Below, piece after piece: positions 29,604 through 39,796 of a stretch of DNA of 64,000 nt. The notes beneath the pieces were generated by a model that worked only from the letters and a program-made list of their open reading frames with translations, did no database searches and had not been told where the DNA came from. The position numbers were made by a program, and so were the translations under genes. Source of the DNA: Bacillota bacterium (GTDB lineage Bacteria > Bacillota > Clostridia > Lachnospirales > Lachnospiraceae); the NCBI GenBank assembly GCA_023421075.1, contig JAEZUM010000046.1:16768-80767 (forward strand). Reading direction: 5' to 3'. How positions within the stretch are numbered: position 1 is the stretch's first letter; every line of letters starts with the position of its first letter.

Positions 29604-30263
29604 TTAATCCTTCGATTCGATAACCAGTAAGATTCCTTTTGAAAACTCAATCTTCCCGACTTCCTCGATCATTTCATTACTGATTCCAAGACTACTCCCT
29701 GCGGCTAAGATTATCGAGTTCAATGGATACTTAAAACCGATCAACGTCAATCCGCATACTTCTTCGCTGAACGGAAGCAAGGATACAAAATCACCATGCT
29801 GCCTCAGCCTATCAATTTGAAAGCTGCTTCTCTTCAGATAGACTTTGTTATTACCGTCAATTAAGCAGGCGTCTATGTTCTGCTGCAAAGGAAGCAGAAG
29901 CAGGTGGATGTTGGCAATCATATGATCCAATCGGCTTCCGGTTGCTCCGGCGATGGTAATACCGGTAGCATGATGGTGCAGCGCAAGTTCGATGGCAATC
30001 TGAGTATCCGTTTTATCCTTCTCTCGCGGAAAGGTCTCAATCGGTATGGTACTCTTTCGATATTTATCCAGTATTTCTTCCGGAACCGAATCAAAATCTC
30101 CTACAATATAGCTGGGAGAAATTCCAAGCTTATCAACCGATAAAAGTCCATGGTCGGCAGCGATAATGGTTTCATAGCACTCCCTACACAATAATTCACT
30201 TAAAAACGGTTCATCAATACGGCCGCCGGTGATAATTAAAACATTGTTTGTTCCATTACTCAT
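29604..30263 (-). CDS. thiN: thiamine pyrophosphokinase
   Basis: 219 aa. GDFDS and KD.TD motifs. It follows rpe, as in the conserved Firmicutes block. Confidence 0.8.
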   Translation of the reverse strand: MSNGTNNVLIITGGRIDEPFLSELLCRECYETIIAADHGLLSVDKLGISPSYIVGDFDSVPEEILDKYRKSTIPIETFPREKDKTDTQIAIELALHHHATGITIAGATGSRLDHMIANIHLLLLPLQQNIDACLIDGNNKVYLKRSSFQIDRLRQHGDFVSLLPFSEEVCGLTLIGFKYPLNSIILAAGSSLGISNEMIEEVGKIEFSKGILLVIESKD

Positions 30264-30294
30264 ACAGTCGTCATGCCCTCCATTTATAAGCTGC

Positions 30295-30972
30295 CTAATG
30301 GAATCGTATCCTTTGATCGGATCTACGAAAAACCTCCTTGAAGGCTTCTATATTCTTATTGATATCACCACGGAATACCGAAGAACCGGATACAATTACA
30401 TTGGCTCCGGCATCAATGACATCCTGAACATTCTCCAGTGTGATGCCACCATCTACCTCAATATCGAGCTGATGTTCAAAAGCAATCGTCCTGTTCTTGA
30501 GTTCTTCAATCTTCTGAAGCATGTCGGGAATCATAGCCTGTCCCCCAAAACCGGGATTAACTGTCATAATAAGTACCATATCCAAATCCTTAAGAATATA
30601 TTCCAATTCCGAAAGAGGGGTTGCAGGATTCAAGGAAACACCGGCTTTCATACCCAGCTCCTTAATTCTTGTTATGGTACGGTGAAGATGAGTACAAGCC
30701 TCTGCATGAACCGTTATAATATCTGCTCCTGCCTCTTTGAATTCCTCAAGATAGCGGATTGGTTCCTCAATCATAAGGTGTACGTCAAAAACAAGCTTCG
30801 TATTCTTTCGGATCGAAGCGATGACAGGCATACCAAAGCTGATGCTTGGGACATAATTACCATCCATAACATCAATATGGAGATATTCTACCCCAGCCTG
30901 CTCGATCATAGCAATCTGTTCTCCCAGCCTATTAAAATCTGCCGCTAATATCGATGGTGAAAGCTTTATCAT
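30295..30972 (-). CDS. rpe: ribulose-phosphate 3-epimerase
   Basis: SPSILAADF, H.DVMDG and VDGG motifs. The start is taken at MIKLSPS (30972). The upstream extension in the ORF track has no homologous sequence that I recognise. Confidence 0.9.
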   Translation of the reverse strand: MIKLSPSILAADFNRLGEQIAMIEQAGVEYLHIDVMDGNYVPSISFGMPVIASIRKNTKLVFDVHLMIEEPIRYLEEFKEAGADIITVHAEACTHLHRTITRIKELGMKAGVSLNPATPLSELEYILKDLDMVLIMTVNPGFGGQAMIPDMLQKIEELKNRTIAFEHQLDIEVDGGITLENVQDVIDAGANVIVSGSSVFRGDINKNIEAFKEVFRRSDQRIRFH

Positions 30973-31076
30973 TGTAACAACCGTACCTTTCCCTTTATAA
31001 TGCGATAAAAAAGAACCGAAAGCTGCCGCTTTACCAAGCACTTAAACAGCAGATGAATTCGTTCAAGGCTCCTTAT

Positions 31077-31958
31077 CTAGTAGCGCTTTTGGTTCTTCAG
31101 CTCTTCATATAATGTAACATAGTTCTCATAACGCAGCTTACTGATCTTCTTATCCTGTAAGGCTTCCTTTACAGCACATCCCGGCTCATTCAGATGATTG
31201 CAGCCAATGAAACGACACTGTTCCTCATAATCTTTAAACTCGATAAAATAATCCTTCAACTCTTCCTTCTCCAGCTCATCAATATATAGGGAGCTAAAGC
31301 CGGGCGTATCCATAATGTAAGTATCGTCTTCAATATAAATCAATTCGGAATGCCTAGTGGTATGCTTACCGCGTTTAATTTTCTCGCTGACCACACCAAT
31401 TTCCATATTAGCGGCGGGCTGAACAAGATTAATAAAGGTAGATTTTCCAACACCGGATGGTCCGGCCAGTACCGTTGTCTTACCTTTCATTTTCTCATAT
31501 AGGATAGGTAACCCTTCCTTTTGCCGCATACTGGTAAATACTACCTCATAGCCACAACGAAGATAGGTCTCCCGAAGTAATGCAATCTCACCTTCGGATA
31601 CAATATCCATCTTATTAAAACACACGATTGCATTCACTGATTGCTTCTGCATCATGATTAGAAATCGATCCAGAAGATTTAAGTTAGGATCAGGCTCAGC
31701 TGCTGCAAATATAACCATTGCCTGGTCAACATTTGCAACAGCAGGCCTTATCAATTCATTTTCTCTGGGTAAAATCCGAATAATGGTACCCTTGCCCTCC
31801 GGTTGATCCACGGTATCGATTTCTACATCATCACCTACCAGAGGCTTAATATTCTGGTTACGGAATATCCCCTTCGCTTTGCATTCATATACAAAATTCT
31901 TCTCTGGTGTATGGACATAGTAAAATCCTGCAATACCTTTTATAATCTTTCCCTTCAA
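31077..31958 (-). CDS. rsgA: ribosome small-subunit-dependent GTPase RsgA
   Basis: 293 aa. OB-fold N-terminus, circularly permuted GTPase (NKMD ... GPSGVGKST) and a C-terminal Cys zinc cluster. Confidence 0.9.
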   Translation of the reverse strand: MKGKIIKGIAGFYYVHTPEKNFVYECKAKGIFRNQNIKPLVGDDVEIDTVDQPEGKGTIIRILPRENELIRPAVANVDQAMVIFAAAEPDPNLNLLDRFLIMMQKQSVNAIVCFNKMDIVSEGEIALLRETYLRCGYEVVFTSMRQKEGLPILYEKMKGKTTVLAGPSGVGKSTFINLVQPAANMEIGVVSEKIKRGKHTTRHSELIYIEDDTYIMDTPGFSSLYIDELEKEELKDYFIEFKDYEEQCRFIGCNHLNEPGCAVKEALQDKKISKLRYENYVTLYEELKNQKRY

Positions 31959-31959
31959 G

Positions 31960-34056
31960 CTAATCCTCCAAAGGTTCGAAATCTACAGACCAGGTTGTCT
32001 GTGCATCACCGGGAGCTGTAAATAATTCTCCATCCACATACATTTTTACGGTTCCTACGCTGGAACTGTCACTGGTGGTGGAAACAGTTAACGGGAAGTC
32101 TAATAAGGATAGATATCCTTCATAAATAGTACTGATTTCTCCATCCTGCTCCATCTCTAAGATGATCTCCGCTTCATCTGCATCACTGCTTTCGAAGGGA
32201 TTAACATCAATGGTTACCTGTCCGCTATATACTGTAGGACCGGTTTGTGCTGGTCCGGAGCTTACTATAATATCAATTACCGTACCGGCATCTACCTTCT
32301 GTCCGGAGGTATTGCTTTGATACGTTACCTGACCCTTGGGATAAGTACTTGAGCTTTGGTAGGATACCGTACCCTTCACTAATCCAGCACTGGTCAATGC
32401 ACTGGTTGCTTTGTCTTCGGTAAGACCAATCAGGCTCGGAACAACTGACTGAGCATTCACCGGCCCGGTACTGACAACAACGGTGATGGTATCTCCACTT
32501 ACTACCATAGCCTGACGCTCAGGATTCGTAGAAATTACACGTCCTGCTTCGATCTCATCACTTGCCACATATTCGTGCAGCAGCTTTAATCCTAATTCTT
32601 TCAGCTTCTTATCCGCACGTTCCTCAGTAAGTCCATATACATTCGGAACTTCAAAGGCTTCCGGTCCAAGGCTGATGGTTAAGATTACCGTAGAGGTTTC
32701 CTCTACTTCATTACCGGCCTGAGGATACTGGGCCATTACCTTACCAACCTCGATCGTATCGGAATACTCTTCCGAAAAACGTACATCGGCCTTCTCTGCT
32801 TTTGCCCGGATCGAGCTCTCTGCATCGTCCTGTGTAAGACCGATGACATCCGGAACAACATACATTACACCGGTCGGAGACTCTGTAGGTCCTTCCGTCA
32901 AGGACGGTGAGGGTGATAAATTCTCTTCAATCTCGGTAGGATCCGGGGTATTATCCTTTGCTCTGGATAAGAACCACACTACAGAACCAATAATGACAAT
33001 AGCAAGAATTACTATGGTAACAATACTACCTACCAGGAAAAATTTCTCTACCTTCGAATCTACAGTATCTAATTCCTCATCTTCCTCTTCTGTAAGATTC
33101 TTGGCCTGAAGATTTCTGGTATCCCGTAAATTCTCATCTAGATATGCTCCGTTTTTAATTTTATTCAGATCGTCGGATATATTGATTGTCGGCGAATCAC
33201 TGGATACAAATGCAGGAATCTGAACAAAATCGCCGTCCGGATTGGAGATTGCTCTCTTAAGATCAGCGATCAACTCAGAGGAGGAATGGTATCTTCTCTC
33301 CGGGCGCTTCTGCATACATTTTTGTACTATCTTATCGATACTTACCGGAATCTCGGGATCAAGCTCGCGAAGTGGCATTGCTTCTCCCTGAATATGAAGT
33401 AAAGCAACCGATACGGTATTGTCCCCGGCAAAAGGAACCTTACCGGACAACATCTCATATAAGGTTACACCCAAGGAATAGATGTCGCTCTTTTCGTCGC
33501 TGTATCCTCCTCTCGCCTGCTCAGGAGACAGATAATGTACGGATCCCATCGCATTGGAGGTAATTGTATTTGAATTGGTTGCTTTCGCGATACCAAAATC
33601 GGTTACCTTTACCTTACCATCTCTGGATATGATTATGTTCTGTGGCTTGATATCCCTATGAATAATACGGTTATCATGCGCTGCTTCCATCCCTTGTGCA
33701 ATCTGGATGCCAATTCCGACCGCTTCTTTTACTTCCAGCTTACCTTTACGTTCAATAAAACGTTTGAGGGTGATTCCCTCCACCAATTCCATTACAATAT
33801 AATGTAAACCGCTGTCATCTCCTACATCATAAACATTCACGATATTAGGATGGGATAAGCCAGCAGCAGATTGAGCTTCTGCCCTAAATTTATTCACAAA
33901 GCTTTTATCGCTTGAGTATTCCGGCTTTAATACCTTTATCGCCACGAATCTGTTTAGCCTTTGGTCTCTGGCTTTATATACATCCGCCATTCCACCGGAT
34001 CCTACTTTATCAATGATTTCATAGCGATCGCTGATAAACATACCGGGTTTTAACAT
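31960..34056 (-). CDS. prkC: PASTA-domain Ser/Thr protein kinase PrkC
   Basis: 698 aa. Hanks kinase motifs (GSGGMADVYKA, HRDIKPQN, DFG), a TM helix, three PASTA repeats and a C-terminal beta-rich domain. Confidence 0.9.
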   Translation of the reverse strand: MLKPGMFISDRYEIIDKVGSGGMADVYKARDQRLNRFVAIKVLKPEYSSDKSFVNKFRAEAQSAAGLSHPNIVNVYDVGDDSGLHYIVMELVEGITLKRFIERKGKLEVKEAVGIGIQIAQGMEAAHDNRIIHRDIKPQNIIISRDGKVKVTDFGIAKATNSNTITSNAMGSVHYLSPEQARGGYSDEKSDIYSLGVTLYEMLSGKVPFAGDNTVSVALLHIQGEAMPLRELDPEIPVSIDKIVQKCMQKRPERRYHSSSELIADLKRAISNPDGDFVQIPAFVSSDSPTINISDDLNKIKNGAYLDENLRDTRNLQAKNLTEEEDEELDTVDSKVEKFFLVGSIVTIVILAIVIIGSVVWFLSRAKDNTPDPTEIEENLSPSPSLTEGPTESPTGVMYVVPDVIGLTQDDAESSIRAKAEKADVRFSEEYSDTIEVGKVMAQYPQAGNEVEETSTVILTISLGPEAFEVPNVYGLTEERADKKLKELGLKLLHEYVASDEIEAGRVISTNPERQAMVVSGDTITVVVSTGPVNAQSVVPSLIGLTEDKATSALTSAGLVKGTVSYQSSSTYPKGQVTYQSNTSGQKVDAGTVIDIIVSSGPAQTGPTVYSGQVTIDVNPFESSDADEAEIILEMEQDGEISTIYEGYLSLLDFPLTVSTTSDSSSVGTVKMYVDGELFTAPGDAQTTWSVDFEPLED

Positions 34057-34073
34057 GTTAGCTCACCTCGTTT

Positions 34074-34793
34074 TCATACTTTAATAATAATGATAGCAAT
34101 ATTATCTTTACCGCCGTTTTCGTTAGCACACTTTACTAAGGTCTCCGCGGCTGTTTCCGGATCTGCGTTCTCTCTGATAATCCGTTCAATTGTCTCGTCT
34201 TCCAACATATTCGTCAGTCCGTCCGAGCACATAAGTACCGTATCTCCGTCTTCTAAGTTCACCTCAAAAAAATCAGGTTCCACCGTTAGGTTGGCACCGA
34301 TTGCTCTGGTGATTATGTTCTTATTCGGATGAATTCTCGCCTCACAACGATCAAGCTCGCCTGTTTTTACCATTACTTCCACCAGGCTATGATCTTCTGT
34401 AACTTGCTTGATCGATTTACCAATAACATATAATCTGCTGTCACCGACATTGGCAACATACATTTCTTTATCAAATATGGTCGCCGCCACTAAGGTGGTT
34501 CCCATACCCTCTAACTCAGTCTGCTCTAACGCTTTGTTGATCAGCGCTTCATTCGTTTCCCTGATTGCAGCTTCGATTAAGGCTATCGGTGATTCTTGCT
34601 CACCTTCCTCAATCTTTTGCTTAAAAAACTCAACACAGTATCTTGAAGCATAATCACCGGCATTATGTCCTCCCATACCATCTGCTACGATAAATAAATT
34701 CGGTAGTTTTCCGATGGCATTTTCACTGCAAAAGACGTAATCCTGGTTTATCCTCCGTCGCTCTCCAATATCAGTTATCGAAAATGCTTTCAA
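34074..34793 (-). CDS. prpC: PP2C-family Ser/Thr phosphatase
   Basis: 239 aa. ADGMGGH, DGL and GG.DN motifs. Located immediately upstream of prkC. Confidence 0.9.
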   Translation of the reverse strand: MKAFSITDIGERRRINQDYVFCSENAIGKLPNLFIVADGMGGHNAGDYASRYCVEFFKQKIEEGEQESPIALIEAAIRETNEALINKALEQTELEGMGTTLVAATIFDKEMYVANVGDSRLYVIGKSIKQVTEDHSLVEVMVKTGELDRCEARIHPNKNIITRAIGANLTVEPDFFEVNLEDGDTVLMCSDGLTNMLEDETIERIIRENADPETAAETLVKCANENGGKDNIAIIIIKV

Positions 34794-34804
34794 GCCTGCA
34801 CCTC

Positions 34805-35863
34805 CTAGTTATGACAATCATCAGAGCTGTTCTTGTCGATATAGCTCTTTCGCAATTGCCCACAGGCAGCATCAATATCTGCGCCCATTTCTCTTCTAAT
34901 AGTAACATTTATTCTGTTTTTTTCAAGTGTATTTTTAAAAATTTGTATTTTTTTACTTTCCGATTTTCTATAATTCCGCTCTTTTATCGGATTTACGGGG
35001 ATTAAATTTACATGGCAGTTAAGCCCTCTGACCAACCGACACAATTCTTTGGCATGCTCTTCTTCATCATTCACACCGTCTACCAGACTATATTCAAAGG
35101 TAAGTCTTCTGCCCGTTTCATCATAATAATAACGAAAGGCATTCATTACCTCGCTTAATTCATACTTTGCCGCTACCGGCATCAGCTGTTTACGGATCTC
35201 ATTGTTTGGAGCATGTAAGGAAAGTGCCAACGTGATTGCCAGCTCCTCCTTCGCAAGGTCTCTGATTCGTTCCGGAATACCGCAGGTAGATACGGTTATA
35301 TTTCTGGCGCTTATGTTTAATCCTTTTTCGTCCGTTAAAATTCGAAGAAATCGGATCAGATTATCATAATTATCAAGCGGCTCTCCGGTACCCATCACAA
35401 CAACATTGGATACTCGTTCACCGGTTAATGCCTGAATACGGTATATCTGATCGAGCATCTCGGAGGGAAGCAGATCCCGTTCCTTTCCTCCGATGGTGGA
35501 AGCACAGAATTTACAACCCATTCTACAACCCACCTGAGAAGAGATGCATACACTATTGCCGTGATTGTACTTCATTAGAACGCTTTCAATTACTCTGTCA
35601 TCCTTTAGACGAAATAAATACTTAATGGTTCCATCCGACTCTGAATGCAAGGAATCAACCTCTGTGAGCGCAGTAATCGGATAAGCCTCGGCTAGCTTAG
35701 CCCGCAGTTCCTTGGAGAGGTTCAGCATCTCATCATAGCTTCCAACCAGCTTCTTATGCAGCCATTCATAGACCTGCTTTGTTCGAAAGGCCGGCTGCCC
35801 CAGTTCCTTAAGTAGAGCTTCCAATTCATGATAATATAATGATTTTATATCCAACTGATCCAT
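34805..35863 (-). CDS. rlmN: 23S rRNA/tRNA (adenine2503-C2)-methyltransferase RlmN (radical SAM)
   Basis: 352 aa. CRMGCKFC radical-SAM cluster and a C-terminal ACGQL motif. Confidence 0.93.
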   Translation of the reverse strand: MDQLDIKSLYYHELEALLKELGQPAFRTKQVYEWLHKKLVGSYDEMLNLSKELRAKLAEAYPITALTEVDSLHSESDGTIKYLFRLKDDRVIESVLMKYNHGNSVCISSQVGCRMGCKFCASTIGGKERDLLPSEMLDQIYRIQALTGERVSNVVVMGTGEPLDNYDNLIRFLRILTDEKGLNISARNITVSTCGIPERIRDLAKEELAITLALSLHAPNNEIRKQLMPVAAKYELSEVMNAFRYYYDETGRRLTFEYSLVDGVNDEEEHAKELCRLVRGLNCHVNLIPVNPIKERNYRKSESKKIQIFKNTLEKNRINVTIRREMGADIDAACGQLRKSYIDKNSSDDCHN

Positions 35864-36030
35864 ATTCTTTCCTATTCTGATAAAATTCCATCAAGTATTC
35901 CTTATTATATTTAGCAGCTACAATAATCATACCTCAGGACCTGCGTTTCATGTCCTGATGAAATCCTGTTTCTTTCTGTATAAACGTTTTTCATTCACAA
36001 TTCACTTCAATATATCCCGGTGTAGTAGAA

Positions 36031-37374
36031 TCATTTTTTACGAAACCTGGATATAAAAAATCCATCCGTATCATGAATGCCGGGTATCAATTGAAGATAA
36101 CCCTGATCCGAAGTCTCGGTAAGCAGTTTCTCGGGCAGATATTCATTCAGACTCTCTGCCTCAAAATCATAATGCTCCAGGAACCAGTTGCGGTTATCGA
36201 CATTCTCACCGTGATAAACCGTACAGGTACTAAAGATTAATCTACCGCCCTTTTTCACATATTTTGATACTTTATCCAAAATAATCCTTTGTAATTCTAT
36301 CAGCTCTTTATGTTGATTTTGTGTCAACTTGTATTTTATATCCGACTTTTTACCTAAAACGCCTAAGCCGCTGCAGGGAAGATCCGCAATCACTACATCC
36401 GCAGCTCCTATGATATCCGGGTCCAATTCGGTAGCATCCCATACCTTTACGTCGATATTGGTAGCACCGAGACGTTTGATATTATCCGTAATCAGCTTTG
36501 CTTTATATTCCGTTAAATCCCTGGCCGATACTTTTCTTGCACTTTGAGCAGCATGCAGCGCTTTTCCTCCGGGTGCGGAACAGACATCAACAACAAAATC
36601 CGTTGGACCGATGTCCGCGACCTCGCACACCAACATTGAACTGACATCCTGTATCGTGAAGAGACCTTCCCGGAACGTATCCAGTTTATCTAAATAATCG
36701 TAATCCTTGATTCTGAAGGCATAATCCAGATAGCCGCTGGCTTCTACCGTAACACCTTCCTCCTTGAGCTTTTTAACCAGCTCCTCCGGAGTTATTTTAG
36801 CCAGATTACAACGGATGGTCGTTTCCTTTTCATTCAGGGAGGCTGCCAGCATCCTTTCAACCACCGGATCGGTGTATTGTCCTAACAACTCTTCCACCAG
36901 CCACTTAGGGGTAGAATATGCAACCACCAGGTAATCAATCGGCTGCTTCCCGGGATCCGGATATTCGATATCCCTACCCGCTCTTGCGATGTTTCGAAGT
37001 ACCGCATTCACAAAACCGGAAAGCTTGGTAAAGCTGCGTTTCTTCGCAAGCTTAACGGCTTCGTTACAGACTGCTGATACCGGTACCTGATCCATGAACA
37101 TCAGCTGATATACGCTCATCCTGAGCAGATTACGAATAAAGGGCTTCATCTTTGTTACCGGTAACGAGGCATGTTTATTAATAATGTAGTCTAGGGTCAG
37201 GTATCTCTTTACCGTTCCGTGAAAAATTCTTGTTATAAAGGCTCTTTCCTGCTTTTCTAACATCTGATGCTGTCGTAAGGTCTGATTGAGGATTGTATGA
37301 CTATACTTGCCCTCCTCCAGAACCTCCAATAACATCGCTAGAACTATCTCTCTTGAACCCATCGGATCAGTCAC
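36031..37374 (-). CDS. rsmB: 16S rRNA (cytosine967-C5)-methyltransferase RsmB
   Basis: NusB-like N-terminal domain plus a SAM methyltransferase domain (DVCSAPGGK, DLPCSG, STCT). The start is ambiguous: a GTG at 37374 lies 8 nt after GGAGG, and an ATG at 37362 is the alternative. Confidence 0.88.
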   Translation of the reverse strand: MTDPMGSREIVLAMLLEVLEEGKYSHTILNQTLRQHQMLEKQERAFITRIFHGTVKRYLTLDYIINKHASLPVTKMKPFIRNLLRMSVYQLMFMDQVPVSAVCNEAVKLAKKRSFTKLSGFVNAVLRNIARAGRDIEYPDPGKQPIDYLVVAYSTPKWLVEELLGQYTDPVVERMLAASLNEKETTIRCNLAKITPEELVKKLKEEGVTVEASGYLDYAFRIKDYDYLDKLDTFREGLFTIQDVSSMLVCEVADIGPTDFVVDVCSAPGGKALHAAQSARKVSARDLTEYKAKLITDNIKRLGATNIDVKVWDATELDPDIIGAADVVIADLPCSGLGVLGKKSDIKYKLTQNQHKELIELQRIILDKVSKYVKKGGRLIFSTCTVYHGENVDNRNWFLEHYDFEAESLNEYLPEKLLTETSDQGYLQLIPGIHDTDGFFISRFRKK

Positions 37375-38068
37375 GTCTTCTTCCTCCACCAAACAGAATG
37401 ATCAATCGGAGCAGCTGTAAGATGGTTGCTGCCGCTGCCGCAACATAGGTAAGTGCAGCAGCATCCAAAACTTTCTTGGATTGTCTTAGTTCATCCTCAT
37501 ATAGTATTCCGGTTTCACCCAGCCTTGCAATCGCACGCTTTGAAGCATTGAACTCTACCGGAAGTGTAATCAATTGAAACAGTAGGGCTAATGAGAATAA
37601 TATAATTCCCAAATCAATCAGGGATTGAAAGCCACCGATAAATAAGCCGATCAAAATAAGTGGCCAGGCAGCCATGGAACCAAATCTTGCCACCGGTACC
37701 AATACTCCTCTGATTTTAAGCGGTGCATAGGAATTCTGGTGCTGAATTGCATGTCCGCACTCATGGGCAGCGACTCCGATGGCAGCCAGGGAATTGGAAT
37801 AATAGACTGAATCGGATAATCTTAATACCTTGTGTCTGGGATCATAATGATCGCTCAAATTGCCGGAGACCTGTTCGATCTGCACGTCATAGATCCCGGA
37901 GCTCTGCAGAAGCTTGGCCGCAGCCTGAGCACCCGTCAAACCGGACATACTTCTTACGGCGGAATACTTCGCAAAGGTTGACTTGACCTTAGCAGAAGCC
38001 AGCATGGATATTACCACGCCGATGAGTACCAAAATATAAGTTGAATCAAAATAAGGGTAAAAACCCAT
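37367..38068 (-). CDS. membrane zinc metallopeptidase (YugP/PF04298-like)
   Basis: 233 aa. HECGHAIQH zinc motif flanked by TM helices. Confidence 0.75.
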   Translation of the reverse strand: MGFYPYFDSTYILVLIGVVISMLASAKVKSTFAKYSAVRSMSGLTGAQAAAKLLQSSGIYDVQIEQVSGNLSDHYDPRHKVLRLSDSVYYSNSLAAIGVAAHECGHAIQHQNSYAPLKIRGVLVPVARFGSMAAWPLILIGLFIGGFQSLIDLGIILFSLALLFQLITLPVEFNASKRAIARLGETGILYEDELRQSKKVLDAAALTYVAAAAATILQLLRLIILFGGGRRRD

Positions 38069-38085
38069 AAAAACACCTCCTTATA

Positions 38086-38130
38086 AACAAACAAAGCAAA
38101 ATTAGTGCCAGCAAATTACCCGGCACTAAT
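38086..38130 (-). terminator. terminator-like hairpin after fmt
   Basis: 9-bp stem ATTAGTGCC / GGCACTAAT, followed on the minus strand by TTTGCTTTGTTTGTTT. It lies only 33 nt before the next start codon, so termination may be partial. Confidence 0.45.
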
Positions 38131-38159
38131 CAGGAAACCGGAAGAAGTACCTGAGTACA

Positions 38160-39098
38160 TCATCCTTGTCCAAGGATCGTTCCCAGCGTTAACGGATATC
38201 CACGCAAAAACAAATCCGTGGTCATCCTCTTCTTTCCCTCCAGCTGTAATTCTTTAATTACCAGTGCACCGTCACCGGTTGCAACAACGAAGGCTTCCTT
38301 ACGTAACTCAATGATCTGACCGGGCTTTGCCGTATGATCAATACAAGGCTCTACACTTGCCTGCCATAGCTTCAGCGTCTTGCCGGACAGGGTAGTGTAT
38401 GCACTCGGCCAGGGATTAAGTCCACGGATCAGCCGTTCCAGCTTTATGGCTGGCTGGTTAAAGTCTACCCGTCCCATCTCTTTACTAAGTACCTTCACAT
38501 AAGTTGCCTTATCATTATCCTGTACCGTTCTTGCTGCAGTCCCTGCTTCCAGTTGTTCAAGAGCTTCTATTAATAAGTCTGCTCCAAGCTGTGCCATTTT
38601 ATCAAAAAGGCTGCCGCCGGTTTCATTCTCTGCAATTGGCAGCTTCGCCTGCAGGATCATATCTCCTGTATCGATGCCCACGTCCATATGCATAATAGTA
38701 ATACCGGTTTCACTCTCACCATCAATAATAGAGTATTGGATCGGTGCAGCGCCACGATATTTGGGCAAAAGGGAACCATGAACATTAATACAGCCATAAG
38801 GCGGTATATCAAGAAGTACTTTCGGCAGAATTTGTCCGAAAGCAGCAACCACGATGACCTCCGGTGCCAGTGTTCTCACCGTTTCAAGAAACTCCGGCTC
38901 CTTCGCCTTATTTGGTTGATACACCGGTATATCATTTTTAAGTGCAAGCTCCTTTACCGGCGAGATGCTCAGCTCCTGAGCTCTGCCCTTCAGCTTATCC
39001 GGTTGAGTCACCACACCGATCAGTTCATGCTTAGAATTAATTAATTTATTTAGCGTAACTGCCGCAAAATCCGGCGTTCCCATGAATAAAACCTTCAT
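38160..39098 (-). CDS. fmt: methionyl-tRNA formyltransferase
   Basis: 312 aa. MGTPDFA N-terminus and HGSLLP.YRGAAPI motif. Confidence 0.93.
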   Translation of the reverse strand: MKVLFMGTPDFAAVTLNKLINSKHELIGVVTQPDKLKGRAQELSISPVKELALKNDIPVYQPNKAKEPEFLETVRTLAPEVIVVAAFGQILPKVLLDIPPYGCINVHGSLLPKYRGAAPIQYSIIDGESETGITIMHMDVGIDTGDMILQAKLPIAENETGGSLFDKMAQLGADLLIEALEQLEAGTAARTVQDNDKATYVKVLSKEMGRVDFNQPAIKLERLIRGLNPWPSAYTTLSGKTLKLWQASVEPCIDHTAKPGQIIELRKEAFVVATGDGALVIKELQLEGKKRMTTDLFLRGYPLTLGTILGQG

Positions 39099-39136
39099 CC
39101 CGATCAGTCCTTTCCATAACGTTCCTTCGGTAAGTA

Positions 39137-39631
39137 TTATTGTACCTCTTCCGTTATAACAACATCTCTCAGTTCACCGATGGTCTGATCTACATAAAGC
39201 TTACCATCCAGATGATCCAGTTCGTGACAGAAGGCTCTGGCAAGTAATCCGGTACCCTCAATCGTATACTCTTCCATTTTCTCGTTATATGCCTTCACCT
39301 TAACATATTCCGGTCTGCTTACGGTTCCTACCTTACCCGGTACACTCAAGCATCCTTCATCGCCGATCTGCTCCCCGTCACGTTCCACAATCACAGGATT
39401 GATTAAGATGATCGGCTCATTTCCTTCCTCGGAAACATCAATAACCACCAGTCGTTTTAAAATCCCTACCTGAGGAGCAGCAAGTCCGACACCATTTGCA
39501 TCGTACATGGTATCCAGCATATCCTCAATTAAGGTAAGAAGCTTCTTGTCAACTGCCACTATTTCTTTTGCCACCTTATTCAGGACGGAATCTCCAACTT
39601 CTCTGATATTTCTGATTGCCATATGCTTCAT
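39137..39631 (-). CDS. def: peptide deformylase
   Basis: 164 aa. GVGLAAPQ, EGCLS and HE.DH motifs. Confidence 0.93.
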   Translation of the reverse strand: MKHMAIRNIREVGDSVLNKVAKEIVAVDKKLLTLIEDMLDTMYDANGVGLAAPQVGILKRLVVIDVSEEGNEPIILINPVIVERDGEQIGDEGCLSVPGKVGTVSRPEYVKVKAYNEKMEEYTIEGTGLLARAFCHELDHLDGKLYVDQTIGELRDVVITEEVQ

Positions 39632-39796
39632 CCTCTCTATCGTTTCATTTCACAAAGTTTATTATTGGTTGTATTGCCAATGTTTTGAAAACATCATAAG
39701 CAATTATAATATAATATCATATTTCAATCTGTTTTATCAACAAAATATCTCTTAAGGTCATAAATTATTCATAAAATTGATAATTATTAGGTTAAA

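Noticed and set aside
30229-30948. 239-aa plus-strand ORF
   Set aside because: It lies entirely antisense to rpe and the start of thiN, both of which have strong family motifs. It has no motifs of its own.
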